Of a DNA stretch of 64,000 nucleotides, positions 27,108 through 36,623 are shown piece by piece; position 1 is the first letter of the stretch, and every line of letters starts with the position of its first letter. The notes under the pieces were generated by a model. The model did not search any database. It had not been told where the DNA came from and was given only the letters and a program-made list of their open reading frames with translations. The DNA is from an uncultured Verrucomicrobiota bacterium. Its GTDB lineage: Bacteria > Verrucomicrobiota > Verrucomicrobiia > Limisphaerales > JAEYXS01. Where the stretch lies: positions 11,165-75,164 of the forward strand of contig CAZPUL010000015.1 in the NCBI GenBank assembly GCA_964589735.1, in the 5' to 3' direction. The translations under genes were made by a program, and so were the position numbers.

Positions 27108-27812
27108 TCACACACGGGGCTTTAGCCTGAGCCATGGCGGGGCTTCACCCCGACCTTCGTCCAAGAGGCCCACGAGCCTGTCCTGCAGACCCATACCAGC
27201 CATTGCCCGCAGCACTTTTGGCAGATGTGTCCGAGTTCGTGGCGCGACGGCGATTTCCTCCACCTGATGGGTCGCCTCAAAACGGCGTCGCATTTCCGGC
27301 AAGGTCGAACCGCTGGCGAGGTCATGATTTTCCAGCAGGACGAAAGTCTTGCTCAAGGCGGGGCACTTCTGAAAGTCCAGCAGTTCCAGCTCCGTGCCCT
27401 CAACATCCAATATGACGGCGGGACGAACCGCCTGGGTAAGACGCTCTTGCAGGATGGTCGTGGTCAATTCCCCGGCGTGTTGCAACTTGTCTCCAATCCC
27501 GTTCTTCACCGCCAGCAAGTTCACCATTTTTCTTCCCTCGGCGGACATCTCGTAAGCGGCGATCACAGCTTCAGGACAGCGCAGCGCCAGGCCCACCGCG
27601 TAGTAACCCTCCGCGGCCCCGGCGTTGATGATGATGTCCGGCTGCCAACGGATCAGCTCCTCTACCGCCGGCCTGAGCTCCTGCTCATAGGTGCCCAATA
27701 GCTTGGGCCACAGGGCGCTGCCCACACAGGCACGGATATAACGCATGCCTTGGAACGGCCCCTGCGGCACCCGGTTGCCCAAGAGCCATTGATATAACCT
27801 TATATAACTCAT
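27108..27812 (-). CDS. FkbM-family SAM-dependent methyltransferase
   Basis: [19 protein letters not shown]-binding motif and [12 protein letters not shown], typical of FkbM. Start at MSYIRLYQ (27812). The rest of the 444-aa ORF is antisense to trpG. Confidence 0.7.
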   Translation of the reverse strand: MSYIRLYQWLLGNRVPQGPFQGMRYIRACVGSALWPKLLGTYEQELRPAVEELIRWQPDIIINAGAAEGYYAVGLALRCPEAVIAAYEMSAEGRKMVNLLAVKNGIGDKLQHAGELTTTILQERLTQAVRPAVILDVEGTELELLDFQKCPALSKTFVLLENHDLASGSTLPEMRRRFEATHQVEEIAVAPRTRTHLPKVLRAMAGMGLQDRLVGLLDEGRGEAPPWLRLKPRV

Positions 27813-27938
27813 CCGTACCGGCGCCAGTCTGGCCGAGTGGGCCGATTTGCCAACCGTTATCCGCGGGCACATTTGTCCGGAACCTTCACCTTTCCAGTTT
27901 CCAAAACCCCCAACCCGCGCTACGTTCCCGCCACTGAT

Positions 27939-28505
27939 ATGGTGCTGGTCATAGATAACTACGATTCGTTCACGTTCAATCTCGTGCAATACCTGGGCGA
28001 GATGAACGTGGATCTCCAGGTCCATCGCAACGACCAGATCACGCTCGACCAGATCCGCGCGCTGAAGCCGGAACGCATTCTCATCTCGCCCGGACCCTGC
28101 TCGCCCCGGGAAGCCGGTCTCTCGAATGAGATCATCAAGACGTTCGCTGGTGAAGTGCCTTTGTTCGGCGTCTGCCTCGGCCATCAATGCATCGGCCACA
28201 CCTTCGGCGGTGAAGTGGTGGTGAACAACCGCATGATGCACGGCAAGGTCTCGCCGATTAAGCACAATGGCAAAGACCTCTTCGAAGGTATGCCGAATCC
28301 CTTCAACGCCACGCGCTACCACTCCCTCGTCATCAAGCGCGATACCATCCCCGACTGCCTCGAGATCACGGCGGAGACGGAGGAGGGCGAGATCATGGGG
28401 GTGAAGCACAAGACGCTGCCCGTCTGGGGCGTGCAGTTCCATCCCGAGAGCATCCTCACGGAGAGCGGGCGGACGATCCTTAAGAATTTTCTGAAGCTGA
28501 AATAA
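27939..28505 (+). CDS. trpG: Anthranilate/aminodeoxychorismate synthase component II (glutamine amidotransferase)
   Basis: [21 protein letters not shown], catalytic GVCLGHQ, and GVQFHPES. Confidence 0.9.
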   Translation: MVLVIDNYDSFTFNLVQYLGEMNVDLQVHRNDQITLDQIRALKPERILISPGPCSPREAGLSNEIIKTFAGEVPLFGVCLGHQCIGHTFGGEVVVNNRMMHGKVSPIKHNGKDLFEGMPNPFNATRYHSLVIKRDTIPDCLEITAETEEGEIMGVKHKTLPVWGVQFHPESILTESGRTILKNFLKLK

Positions 28506-28565
28506 TTGTAGGTTCCTTCAACCTGCATTTGCCTTCTTCTCACCAGTCATTAGTCTGGTGCGCAT

Positions 28566-31500
28566 ATGTTCCCAGTCCGTATGCGCCTGACCGCTTTGTC
28601 ATGCATGCTCCTGCTTGCCCTGTCGCTTTCGGCGGCGGAAGACCCTTTTGCCGCCGGTGTCCGTACCACCGAGCCCCTCACACCTGAGCAGCAGCTCAAG
28701 ACCTTTCATCTGCCGCCCGGCTTTGAGATGCAACTTGTGACCACGGAGCCGCACATCAACAAGCCCATGAACATGGCGTTTGATGCCGCCGGGCGGCTCT
28801 GGGTCACCACGAGCATCGAATATCCCTTCGCCTCGACCAATGCCCTCGCGCGCGATCGCATCATGATCTTCGAGGACTTCGCCCCGGATGGCAAAGCCCG
28901 CAAGATCACGCAGTTCGCCACCGGGCTGAACATCCCCATCGGCATCTATCCGTTTCAGTCGCCCTCCTCGGTGAAGCCCTCGAAGCTGACATGGAAATGC
29001 ATTGCCTGGTCCATCCCACACATCTGGCTGTTCGAAGACACCGATGGCGACGGTCAGGCGGACAAGCAAGAAAAGCTTTTTGGCCCATTTGATTTCTCGA
29101 AAGACACGCACGGCAATCAGGCCAGCTTCCGGCGTGGGTTCGATGGCTGGCTGTATGCCACGCATGGTTTCAACAACAACTCCAAGGTGCAAGGCCGCGA
29201 CGGTCATGAAGTCGTGATGTCCTCGGGCAACACCTATCGCATGCGCCTTGATGGCTCGCGCCTCGAACATCACACCTGGGGACAGGTGAATCCCTTCGGT
29301 CTGTGTTTCGATCCGTCGGGAAATCTGTACTCGGCGGATTGCCACAGCTCGCCCATCTACCAGTTGTTGCGCGGTGCGTATTATCCCAGCTTCGGCAAGC
29401 CGCATGACGGCCTCGGCTTTGCCCCGCTGACCATCCAGCACAGCCACGGCAGCACGGCCATCTGCGCCATCCAGATGATCACGGACCCGTCCTGGCCCAA
29501 GGAACTTCAGGGCAATCTCATCATCGGCAACGTGATGACCAGCCGTATCAACCAGGACCGCGTGGAATGGCTCGGCTCCACCAGCAAAGGCCATGAAGTG
29601 CCTGACTTCCTTCGCACCGATGATCCGTGGTTCCGCCCGGTGGACCTGCAATTCGGCCCCGATGGCGCGCTGTATGTCGCGGACTTTTACAACCGCATCA
29701 TCGGCCATTACGAAGTGCCCTTGCTGCATCCGGGCCGTGACCGTGAGCGCGGTCGCATCTGGCGCATCGTGTATCGCGGCGAGGATGGGAAAGCCGTTTT
29801 GCCTAGCACTAGGCTGCCGGAAGATCTGAAAGGTCTGGTGAGCGAACTTGGTTCACCGAACATGACCCGTCGCATGCTCGCGATGAACACCATCGCGGAT
29901 GTACACGGGAAGGCATTTGCCCGGCAGACACTGAAAACGCCGTGGCTGGAGAGCAAGGGCAAGCAAGCGCTGATGCAGGATGCCGCAGCGTATGAGCGCT
30001 CAGCGGAAGTGTTGCGCTATGTCCATTCACTGTGGCTGCGCGAGCGCTTGGGCGTGCTGAAAGACCAGGAGCTGGAGCAGGCCATCCAGGCCCCAGTGAC
30101 GATCGTGCGTGTGCATGGACTGCGGATCGTGGCCGATCGCGGTCTGACGTCGCAGCACATGGCGACCGCGCCCAGACTGGGCCACGCCTTGCAGAAGCTT
30201 ATGGTGCAGGCATTGAACGATACTGCACCGCTAGTCCAGCGCACCGCCGCCGAAGCGTTGTCGCAACAGACCAAACTGGAAGCGGTGAAACCCTTGCTCG
30301 CGCTGATCGCCAAGGTGCCGGCCGAAGACACCCACTTGAAGCACATGGCCCGGCTGGCGTTGCGCAACCAGTTGAACGATGTCGGCGCGTGGGCCTTTCA
30401 ATCACCACAGTTCTTCTCGAAGGCAGAGCTGACCACGCTTGTGGATATCGCGCTGGGCTTGAAGACCGAAGCTTCGGCGGTGTTTCTCCTGAAACAACAG
30501 GACAGCGTGCGTGCCAATAAAGATTTGCACACCCGCACGCTGCAACACGTAGCCCGCTATGCCCCGGTGGACGCGTTGGATGTGCTCGCCGAGACTGTGC
30601 AAAAGGAACGTCGCGATGATCTGGATTTCCAGCTCACCCTGTTCCAGTCGGTGCAACAGGGCTTCACACAACGCGGACAGCCGCTCACTGCCAAACTGCA
30701 AGCCTGGGGCATTGCCTTGGCACCCCGATTACTGGTGGCGGCCAAGGAGCAGGGCAGTTGGGGGAATACGCCCGTGGATGGCATCCGCGAGGCGAAGAAT
30801 CCCTGGACCTTGCAGGAACGCAGCCTGGCGGACGGCACGAAAGTCCAGTTGATCTCCAGCCATCCGCTCGGTGAAAAACTGACGGGCACACTGCGCTCGG
30901 CCGCCTTCGATCTGCCGGACAAGCTGAGCTTCAATCTGTGCGGGCACGATGGTTTTCCGACCGCCGCCCTGTTGAAGAAAAACTTTGTCCGGCTGCGTGA
31001 AGCGGGCAGCGGAGCGATCCTCTTTGAAGCCGCACCGCCGCGCAATGACACGGCGCGCAAGATCACCTGGAATCTGGCCGCCCACCAAGGCAAGCGTGGG
31101 TATGTCGAGGTCGTGGATGCGAATACGGACACAGCGTATGCGTGGCTGGCGTTCGGCCGTTTTGAACCGGCCTTGCCGCAGCTCGCCACGGTGGACCCGA
31201 ACCAGACGGCGAAATTCCAGAAAGCCGCCGCCGAGCTGGTGCAAAGCCTGTCGTTGAAAGACCTGCAACCGCAGTTGCTCGCAGCTTTGCGAGAGACTGG
31301 AACCGATTCAGCGGCCCGGGCCGCAGCGGCTTCCGCCGTGGCCGCCCTCAAAGGCGATGGTCTGCTCACGGCACTGACCGGTGCGTTGACCGATGCTTCC
31401 GTGCCCGAGGAGATCAAGCAATCGCTCGTCAGCGCTTTTGCCGCGGACAAGGCGGGCATCCGCAAAGCCATCGAGGCCAATCTGCAGATCGCTCCGACGC

Positions 31501-32156
31501 GCATCCAGCAAAAGCTCGTGCTGATGCTGGCCGGCCAGCCGGATGGCGCGGAGCTCTCACTCGCCCTGGCAGAAGCGGGCAAGATCGCGCCGAGTGTCAT
31601 CGCGGAGCGCGGGGTGAAAGACAAACTGGCCGCAGTGAAACCGGCACAATGGGAAACGCGTTTGAACAAACTCACGGCGAACCTGCCACCGGAAGATGCC
31701 GCGCGGGAGAAACTGCTCACCGACCGGCGCATGGGTTTTGTCGGCGCGAAGACCGACATCCAAAAGGGTGCGGAACTGTTCACCACCGTTTGCGCCGCGT
31801 GCCATCAGGTGAAAGGCAAAGGCGGCTTGGTCGGTCCGCAACTGGATGGCATCGGCAGCCGGGGCGCTGAGCGTGTCATCGAAGACATCCTGGACCCGAA
31901 CCGCAACGTGGACCACGCCTTCCACACACACACCATTGTGCTGAAGGACGGTGAAGTGACCAGCGGCCTGCCGCGCCGCGAGGAAGGCGAAACGCTCGTC
32001 ATTGCCAATGCGGCGGGCCAAGAAGTGAGCATCCCCAAGAAAGATATCAAGGAGCGGAAAGAGTCTGCGAATTCACTGATGCCGGATAATTTTGGCGAGG
32101 CGCTGACGCCGGAGCAGTTGTATGATCTGCTGGCGTTTTTGCTGAATCAGAAGTGA
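28566..32156 (+). CDS. PVC-type heme-binding CxxCH protein (membrane-bound dehydrogenase domain + HEAT repeats + C-terminal cytochrome c domain)
   Basis: N-terminal PPGFEMQLVTTEPHINKPMNMAFDAAGRLWVT beta-propeller region, a long helical-repeat middle, and a C-terminal CAACHQVKGKGGLVGPQLDGIGSRG. Confidence 0.85.
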   Translation: MFPVRMRLTALSCMLLLALSLSAAEDPFAAGVRTTEPLTPEQQLKTFHLPPGFEMQLVTTEPHINKPMNMAFDAAGRLWVTTSIEYPFASTNALARDRIMIFEDFAPDGKARKITQFATGLNIPIGIYPFQSPSSVKPSKLTWKCIAWSIPHIWLFEDTDGDGQADKQEKLFGPFDFSKDTHGNQASFRRGFDGWLYATHGFNNNSKVQGRDGHEVVMSSGNTYRMRLDGSRLEHHTWGQVNPFGLCFDPSGNLYSADCHSSPIYQLLRGAYYPSFGKPHDGLGFAPLTIQHSHGSTAICAIQMITDPSWPKELQGNLIIGNVMTSRINQDRVEWLGSTSKGHEVPDFLRTDDPWFRPVDLQFGPDGALYVADFYNRIIGHYEVPLLHPGRDRERGRIWRIVYRGEDGKAVLPSTRLPEDLKGLVSELGSPNMTRRMLAMNTIADVHGKAFARQTLKTPWLESKGKQALMQDAAAYERSAEVLRYVHSLWLRERLGVLKDQELEQAIQAPVTIVRVHGLRIVADRGLTSQHMATAPRLGHALQKLMVQALNDTAPLVQRTAAEALSQQTKLEAVKPLLALIAKVPAEDTHLKHMARLALRNQLNDVGAWAFQSPQFFSKAELTTLVDIALGLKTEASAVFLLKQQDSVRANKDLHTRTLQHVARYAPVDALDVLAETVQKERRDDLDFQLTLFQSVQQGFTQRGQPLTAKLQAWGIALAPRLLVAAKEQGSWGNTPVDGIREAKNPWTLQERSLADGTKVQLISSHPLGEKLTGTLRSAAFDLPDKLSFNLCGHDGFPTAALLKKNFVRLREAGSGAILFEAAPPRNDTARKITWNLAAHQGKRGYVEVVDANTDTAYAWLAFGRFEPALPQLATVDPNQTAKFQKAAAELVQSLSLKDLQPQLLAALRETGTDSAARAAAASAVAALKGDGLLTALTGALTDASVPEEIKQSLVSAFAADKAGIRKAIEANLQIAPTRIQQKLVLMLAGQPDGAELSLALAEAGKIAPSVIAERGVKDKLAAVKPAQWETRLNKLTANLPPEDAAREKLLTDRRMGFVGAKTDIQKGAELFTTVCAACHQVKGKGGLVGPQLDGIGSRGAERVIEDILDPNRNVDHAFHTHTIVLKDGEVTSGLPRREEGETLVIANAAGQEVSIPKKDIKERKESANSLMPDNFGEALTPEQLYDLLAFLLNQK

Positions 32157-32174
32157 TACTATTCAGTTTGAGAT

Positions 32175-32335
32175 GGTAGGGCCCGTCTGTCCTCAGCGGG
32201 CCGTGGTGCGGATCGAAAGGCATGTCTTGAATTTCAAAACCAGCCTTTTAAACCGCTCTCGTCGTTGGAATGTTCTCAAACTTTCGATGGATTCAGGCTT
32301 CGACAGCGGCCCGCTGAGGACAGACGGGCCCTACC
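32175..32335. repeat. 161-bp element with perfect 29-bp terminal inverted repeats (GGTAGGGCCCGTCTGTCCTCAGCGGGCCG)
   Basis: 32175-32203 is the exact reverse complement of 32307-32335. It lies between two convergent genes. Related copies are at 49003-49163 and 53861-54008. Confidence 0.9.
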
Positions 32336-32351
32336 AACGCACTGCTTTCAA

Positions 32352-33413
32352 TCATGCGAGAATCTTCGCCTGACCGCCTGGTAAATCCAATACCGTCCCC
32401 GCTTCTTTGTGTTCTTTGCGGACGTAGCCGAGGGCGACAACTTGCTGGCTCATGGGTAATCGCACGGCGGAAGTGAGATAGCCCACATCTTTGCCTGCAA
32501 TTTGCAGCTTCGTGCCTTTGGCGGGCAGCTCCGAGATGCCAGTGAGTTCAAGACGGCGCAGGGACTTGGCGACTTGCCCGTAAGTACGGATGCGGGCGTT
32601 CACTTCCTGGCCGATGTAGCAGCCCTTCGTGTAGCTGATGGCGCGCTTCTCGATGCCCGCTTCAGGCGCGAGATTGGTTTCATCCATGTCCACGCCGTAG
32701 CGCGGGATGCCCGCTTCGATGCGCGCGGCCTCGAAGGTTTCCCAACCACAGGCGCGGCCGCCTTGGGCTTTCACCGCAGCAAGAATTTTATCGGCGATCA
32801 TGCCAAGACCGGCGCTGGGGATGAAGATATCAAAGCCCGTGGTGCCGAGGCGCGGCTGGTTCATCACGTAGATGTCGCCGACGTCGGGGATGTTGTCCTT
32901 TACCCATTGTAGTGGTGCGGTGGGCAATGTTGGGACTAGTCCAAGCGCGGTCACAGCGGCAGCGGCGTTGGGACCTTGCACGCTGACGAGGCCGTAGTGT
33001 GGAGCGACGTCTACGATCTGCACGTCATCGGCGATGATGTATTTGTCGAGGCGCGTGGTGACCTTCTCGGTGAGACCAGGTTCGAAATCGAGGAGAAGTT
33101 CATCGGCGAGACGATAGATGTAGAGATCGCTCTCCATCTTGGCCTTGGCGTTGACGAGCGCGGCATAGCACCCGCCATCTGCCTTGAGGCCCTGCACGTC
33201 ATTGGTGACCTGGCCGTGGAGGAACTTGATGCGGTCGGCACCGAGGAGACAGATGCGACCGCGATTGCTGAGGTCGATGAACCCGGCGGATTCTTTCAGC
33301 GCGCGATACTCGGCCGCCACGTCACCATAGGTCGCGACGAACTCGAGACCGTTCACCTCGGTGAATTGGGCGTCTTGCAGTTCGTGGAACTCGTGTAACG
33401 GGAGCAGGCTCAT
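32352..33413 (-). CDS. YgfZ/GcvT-family folate-binding protein
   Basis: Aminomethyltransferase-like fold with the KGCYIGQE motif characteristic of YgfZ/CAF17. Confidence 0.8.
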   Translation of the reverse strand: MSLLPLHEFHELQDAQFTEVNGLEFVATYGDVAAEYRALKESAGFIDLSNRGRICLLGADRIKFLHGQVTNDVQGLKADGGCYAALVNAKAKMESDLYIYRLADELLLDFEPGLTEKVTTRLDKYIIADDVQIVDVAPHYGLVSVQGPNAAAAVTALGLVPTLPTAPLQWVKDNIPDVGDIYVMNQPRLGTTGFDIFIPSAGLGMIADKILAAVKAQGGRACGWETFEAARIEAGIPRYGVDMDETNLAPEAGIEKRAISYTKGCYIGQEVNARIRTYGQVAKSLRRLELTGISELPAKGTKLQIAGKDVGYLTSAVRLPMSQQVVALGYVRKEHKEAGTVLDLPGGQAKILA

Positions 33414-33566
33414 GTTCAGATTCTATAAAGAGAGCGGCTCTGTGACAGCATCCAGTGCCATCGCCAGAGCCGCTTCAAACCATTTCAAACTGTTCGTCGT
33501 GATGGAAGCTGCTGCGGGTCACCCCGACAAACAAATGCCGGGGCAAGCAGCCCGCGCTCCACCGGA

Positions 33567-34991
33567 TTACTCCGTCGGAGCAGCCTTCTTCACGAACGTG
33601 TGCGTGGCGTGGCCGAAGAAGACTTCGGCGCTTTCCATCAACGTCTCGGAAAGTGTCGGATGCGGATGCACTGTTTCCGCGAGGTCCGTCACCGTGGCGC
33701 CCATCTCGATGGCGAGCGTGCCTTCCGCGATGAGTTCGCCCGCGCCGTGACCCACAATGCCCACGCCGAGGATGCGCTCGGTCTCGGGATCGATGATAAG
33801 CTTCGTCAGACCATCCGGGCGATCAAAGCTCAGCGCGCGACCGGAAGCGCCCCAAGGGAACTTGGCGACCTTCACTTCGCGACCCTGCTTCTTCGCTTCC
33901 GCTTCCGTCAGACCGGCCCACGCCACTTCCGGATCGGTGAACACGACGGCGGGGATGACGATCTTCTCGAACGCGCTGTTGTGGCCCGTGATGACATCCA
34001 CCGCGATGCGTGCTTCCTTCGAGGCCTTGTGTGCCAGCATGATGCCGCCCGCGACGTCGCCGATGGCGTAAATGTTCGGGTCTTCCGTCTGCTGCTGCGC
34101 GTTGATCTTGATGAAACCTTTTTCATCGCGCGTGACCTTGGTGTTTTCCAGACCGAGGTCTTCGGCGTTCGGTCCGCGACCGACGGCGACGAGCACACGG
34201 TCATACAACTCTTCGAGCTTCTGGCCGTTCACTTCGCTCACCACTTTGATCTGCTTGCCGACGGTGGCCATGGAGAGAACCTTGGCCTTCAGACGTACTT
34301 CCTTGAACGCCTTCTTCGCGTAAGCGACCACCGGACGGGCGAGGTCGGCATCCGCACCGGCGAGGAGTGTGTCCATCGCTTCGATGACGACGACCTTGCT
34401 GCCGAGACCGGCATACACGGTGCCGAGCTCCATGCCGATGTATCCGCCGCCGACCACGAGCAAGTTCTCCGGGATGTCTTCCACTTCGAGCGCACCACGG
34501 GAGGTCATCACGCGCGGATTGCCGAGGTCGAATGCCTTGGGCAGCGTAGCACGGGAACCGACGGCGATGATCGCCTTGTCGTAGCTGATGAATTTCTGGC
34601 CCTGCTCGGTCTCCACGCGGAGCAGTTGCGAGCCCTCGAAATAACCGCGGGCGTGCATGACTTCCACACCACGCATCTTCGCGAGGGAGGCGACACCGCC
34701 GCTGAGCTTCGTGATCACGGAGTTCTTCCACTCGCGCAGCTTGTTCAGGTCGATGGTCGGCTCCGCAAACGTGATGCCGCGATGTGCGGATTCACGGGCT
34801 TCCTTGATCGCCTTCGTCGCATTGAGCAACGCCTTGGACGGGATGCAACCACGGTTCAAGCAGACGCCACCGAGCTTCGGGTCTTTCTCGATGAGGATGA
34901 CTTTCTTGCCCTGGTCCGCAGCGTAGAACGCGGCGGCATAGCCACCGGGGCCAGCGCCTACTACTACGATATCGGTCTTGATCGTTTCCAT
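33567..34991 (-). CDS. lpdA: Dihydrolipoyl dehydrogenase (E3)
   Basis: GAGPGGY FAD motif, redox-active GGVCLNRGCIPSK, and a C-terminal HPHPTLSE. Confidence 0.95.
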   Translation of the reverse strand: METIKTDIVVVGAGPGGYAAAFYAADQGKKVILIEKDPKLGGVCLNRGCIPSKALLNATKAIKEARESAHRGITFAEPTIDLNKLREWKNSVITKLSGGVASLAKMRGVEVMHARGYFEGSQLLRVETEQGQKFISYDKAIIAVGSRATLPKAFDLGNPRVMTSRGALEVEDIPENLLVVGGGYIGMELGTVYAGLGSKVVVIEAMDTLLAGADADLARPVVAYAKKAFKEVRLKAKVLSMATVGKQIKVVSEVNGQKLEELYDRVLVAVGRGPNAEDLGLENTKVTRDEKGFIKINAQQQTEDPNIYAIGDVAGGIMLAHKASKEARIAVDVITGHNSAFEKIVIPAVVFTDPEVAWAGLTEAEAKKQGREVKVAKFPWGASGRALSFDRPDGLTKLIIDPETERILGVGIVGHGAGELIAEGTLAIEMGATVTDLAETVHPHPTLSETLMESAEVFFGHATHTFVKKAAPTE

Positions 34992-35026
34992 ATGTCTTAA
35001 ATCTTAATCGTTGTGTTAGGTCGCTG

Positions 35027-36343
35027 TTAGAGTTTCGCGTCCGCTTCGGTGATCGCCGCGAATGCCGCAGCGAGATCCACCGTGAAGCGTGCCGCCGTGC
35101 CACCATCGATCAAGCGATGGTCGTAAGAGATGGCGATCGGCATCATCAAGCGTACTTGCACTTCTTTGCCGACGACGACCGGCTTCAATGCACCACGGCC
35201 CATGCCGAAGATGCCGACTTCCGGCTTGTTCACGATCGGCGTGAAGTGTGCCCCACCAATACCACCTTGATTGGAGATGGTGAACGTGCCGCCCTTCATG
35301 TCATCCGGCGAGAGCTTGCGATCACGCGCTTTCTTGGCGATGTCTTCGAGGTCCTTGGATATCTGGAGCAGGCTCTTCTTGTCCGCGTCGCGGATGACGG
35401 GGACCATCAGGCCGGCGTCGGTATCCACGGCGATGCCGATGTGGTAGTAATCCTTGAACACGATCTCTTCCGTGGCCTCGTCGAGGCTGGAGTTCATGAT
35501 CGGGTGCTTCTTCAACACGGCGACGAGCGCCTTGATGGCGAACGGTGTAAGCGTAAGACGTGCACCGGCCTTCTCGTAATCGGCGGCGAACTTCTTGCGC
35601 AGATCATTGAGCGCGGTGATGTCCACGTCCTCGAACTGCGTGACCTGCGGGATCGTGGTGACGCTCTCCACCATGCGGCGGCTGATGACCTTGCGGAGGC
35701 CGGACATCGGCTTCTTGGTCACGGCGCCCCATTGCGCGAAGTCGATGGATTCGACCACGGGCTTGGCCGGCGCAGCGGATGCAGCAGCGGCAGCAGCCGG
35801 AGCGGCTTTGCCCTTGGCGGCGAGCTTGATGAGTTTCTGGATGTAAGCGCGGACATCGGCCATGACCACACGGCCACCGGCTTCGCTGCCCCTCACACGG
35901 CGCAGGTCGAGACCGATCTCGCGGGCGACCTTGCGCACGGAGGGCGGCGCGGCGACTTCGGCGTCATCAATCGCTTCTTCTTCCGCGACTTCGCCGGAGT
36001 CATCGTCTTCCGCTTCGGTTTCTTCGACGACCGGGGCGGCTTTCTTCTTGGCCTTCGGTGCGGCAGCGGCTTTCGCAGCCGGAGCTTCACTGACGGCGGG
36101 AGCGGCACCCGCAGCACCTTCCAGCGTGACGATGAGCGCGCCGATGGAGATCTTGGCGCCTTCCTTCACGTGGATCTTGCTGATCACGCCATCCGCCGTG
36201 GAGGGGATGGGCGCGACGGCCTTCTCGTTCTCGAGTTCAATCAGGGTCTGGCCCTTGGTGACCTTGTCACCTTCTTTGACCAGGATCCCGACCACCACGC
36301 CGGAATCGGCACCTTCACCGAGCTTCGGTAATTTGACGTCCAT
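35027..36343 (-). CDS. aceF: Dihydrolipoamide acetyltransferase (E2)
   Basis: Lipoyl domain (LIELENEKAV...), Ala/Pro linkers, E3-binding domain, and the catalytic DHRLIDG motif. Start at MDVKLPKLGEG (36343). Confidence 0.9.
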   Translation of the reverse strand: MDVKLPKLGEGADSGVVVGILVKEGDKVTKGQTLIELENEKAVAPIPSTADGVISKIHVKEGAKISIGALIVTLEGAAGAAPAVSEAPAAKAAAAPKAKKKAAPVVEETEAEDDDSGEVAEEEAIDDAEVAAPPSVRKVAREIGLDLRRVRGSEAGGRVVMADVRAYIQKLIKLAAKGKAAPAAAAAASAAPAKPVVESIDFAQWGAVTKKPMSGLRKVISRRMVESVTTIPQVTQFEDVDITALNDLRKKFAADYEKAGARLTLTPFAIKALVAVLKKHPIMNSSLDEATEEIVFKDYYHIGIAVDTDAGLMVPVIRDADKKSLLQISKDLEDIAKKARDRKLSPDDMKGGTFTISNQGGIGGAHFTPIVNKPEVGIFGMGRGALKPVVVGKEVQVRLMMPIAISYDHRLIDGGTAARFTVDLAAAFAAITEADAKL

Positions 36344-36402
36344 AAAATTTTCGGTCTCGCTGCTAAATTGCAGCCGTATCTGTATTCTCACCCCTCACCC
36401 TG

Positions 36403-36610
36403 GCCCTCTCCCCGTTGAGGGAGAGGGAGGAGAGGCGTTAAAGCGTTCTCAACCGGCAAGGCCTTCTTAGGGCCTCACGTTCAAGCGTCGCATACGCGAC
36501 GCTAAATCTTTTTAACGCGGAAACCGTGGGTTGAAACCCACGGCTACCATCGTCTGGTGGCTACGCCACCCAAAAAACCAGCCATGTCCGACTCGCTGTG
36601 AAGCCGGACA
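36403..36610. repeat. Cluster of at least 6 hairpins (REP-like) in the aceE-aceF spacer
   Basis: Stems at 36403-26 (ccctctccc/gggagaggg), 36458-74, 36484-503 (agcgtcgc-atac-gcgacgct), 36524-43 (ccgtgggt-tgaa-acccacgg), 36556-70 (ggtggc-tac-gccacc) and 36585-610. Confidence 0.85.
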
Positions 36611-36623
36611 GGCTAACTTAAAA

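Noticed and set aside
27813-28442. N-terminal half of the 444-aa minus-strand ORF
   Set aside because: It is antisense to trpG. Methyltransferase-like sequence begins only at MSYIRLYQ (27812).
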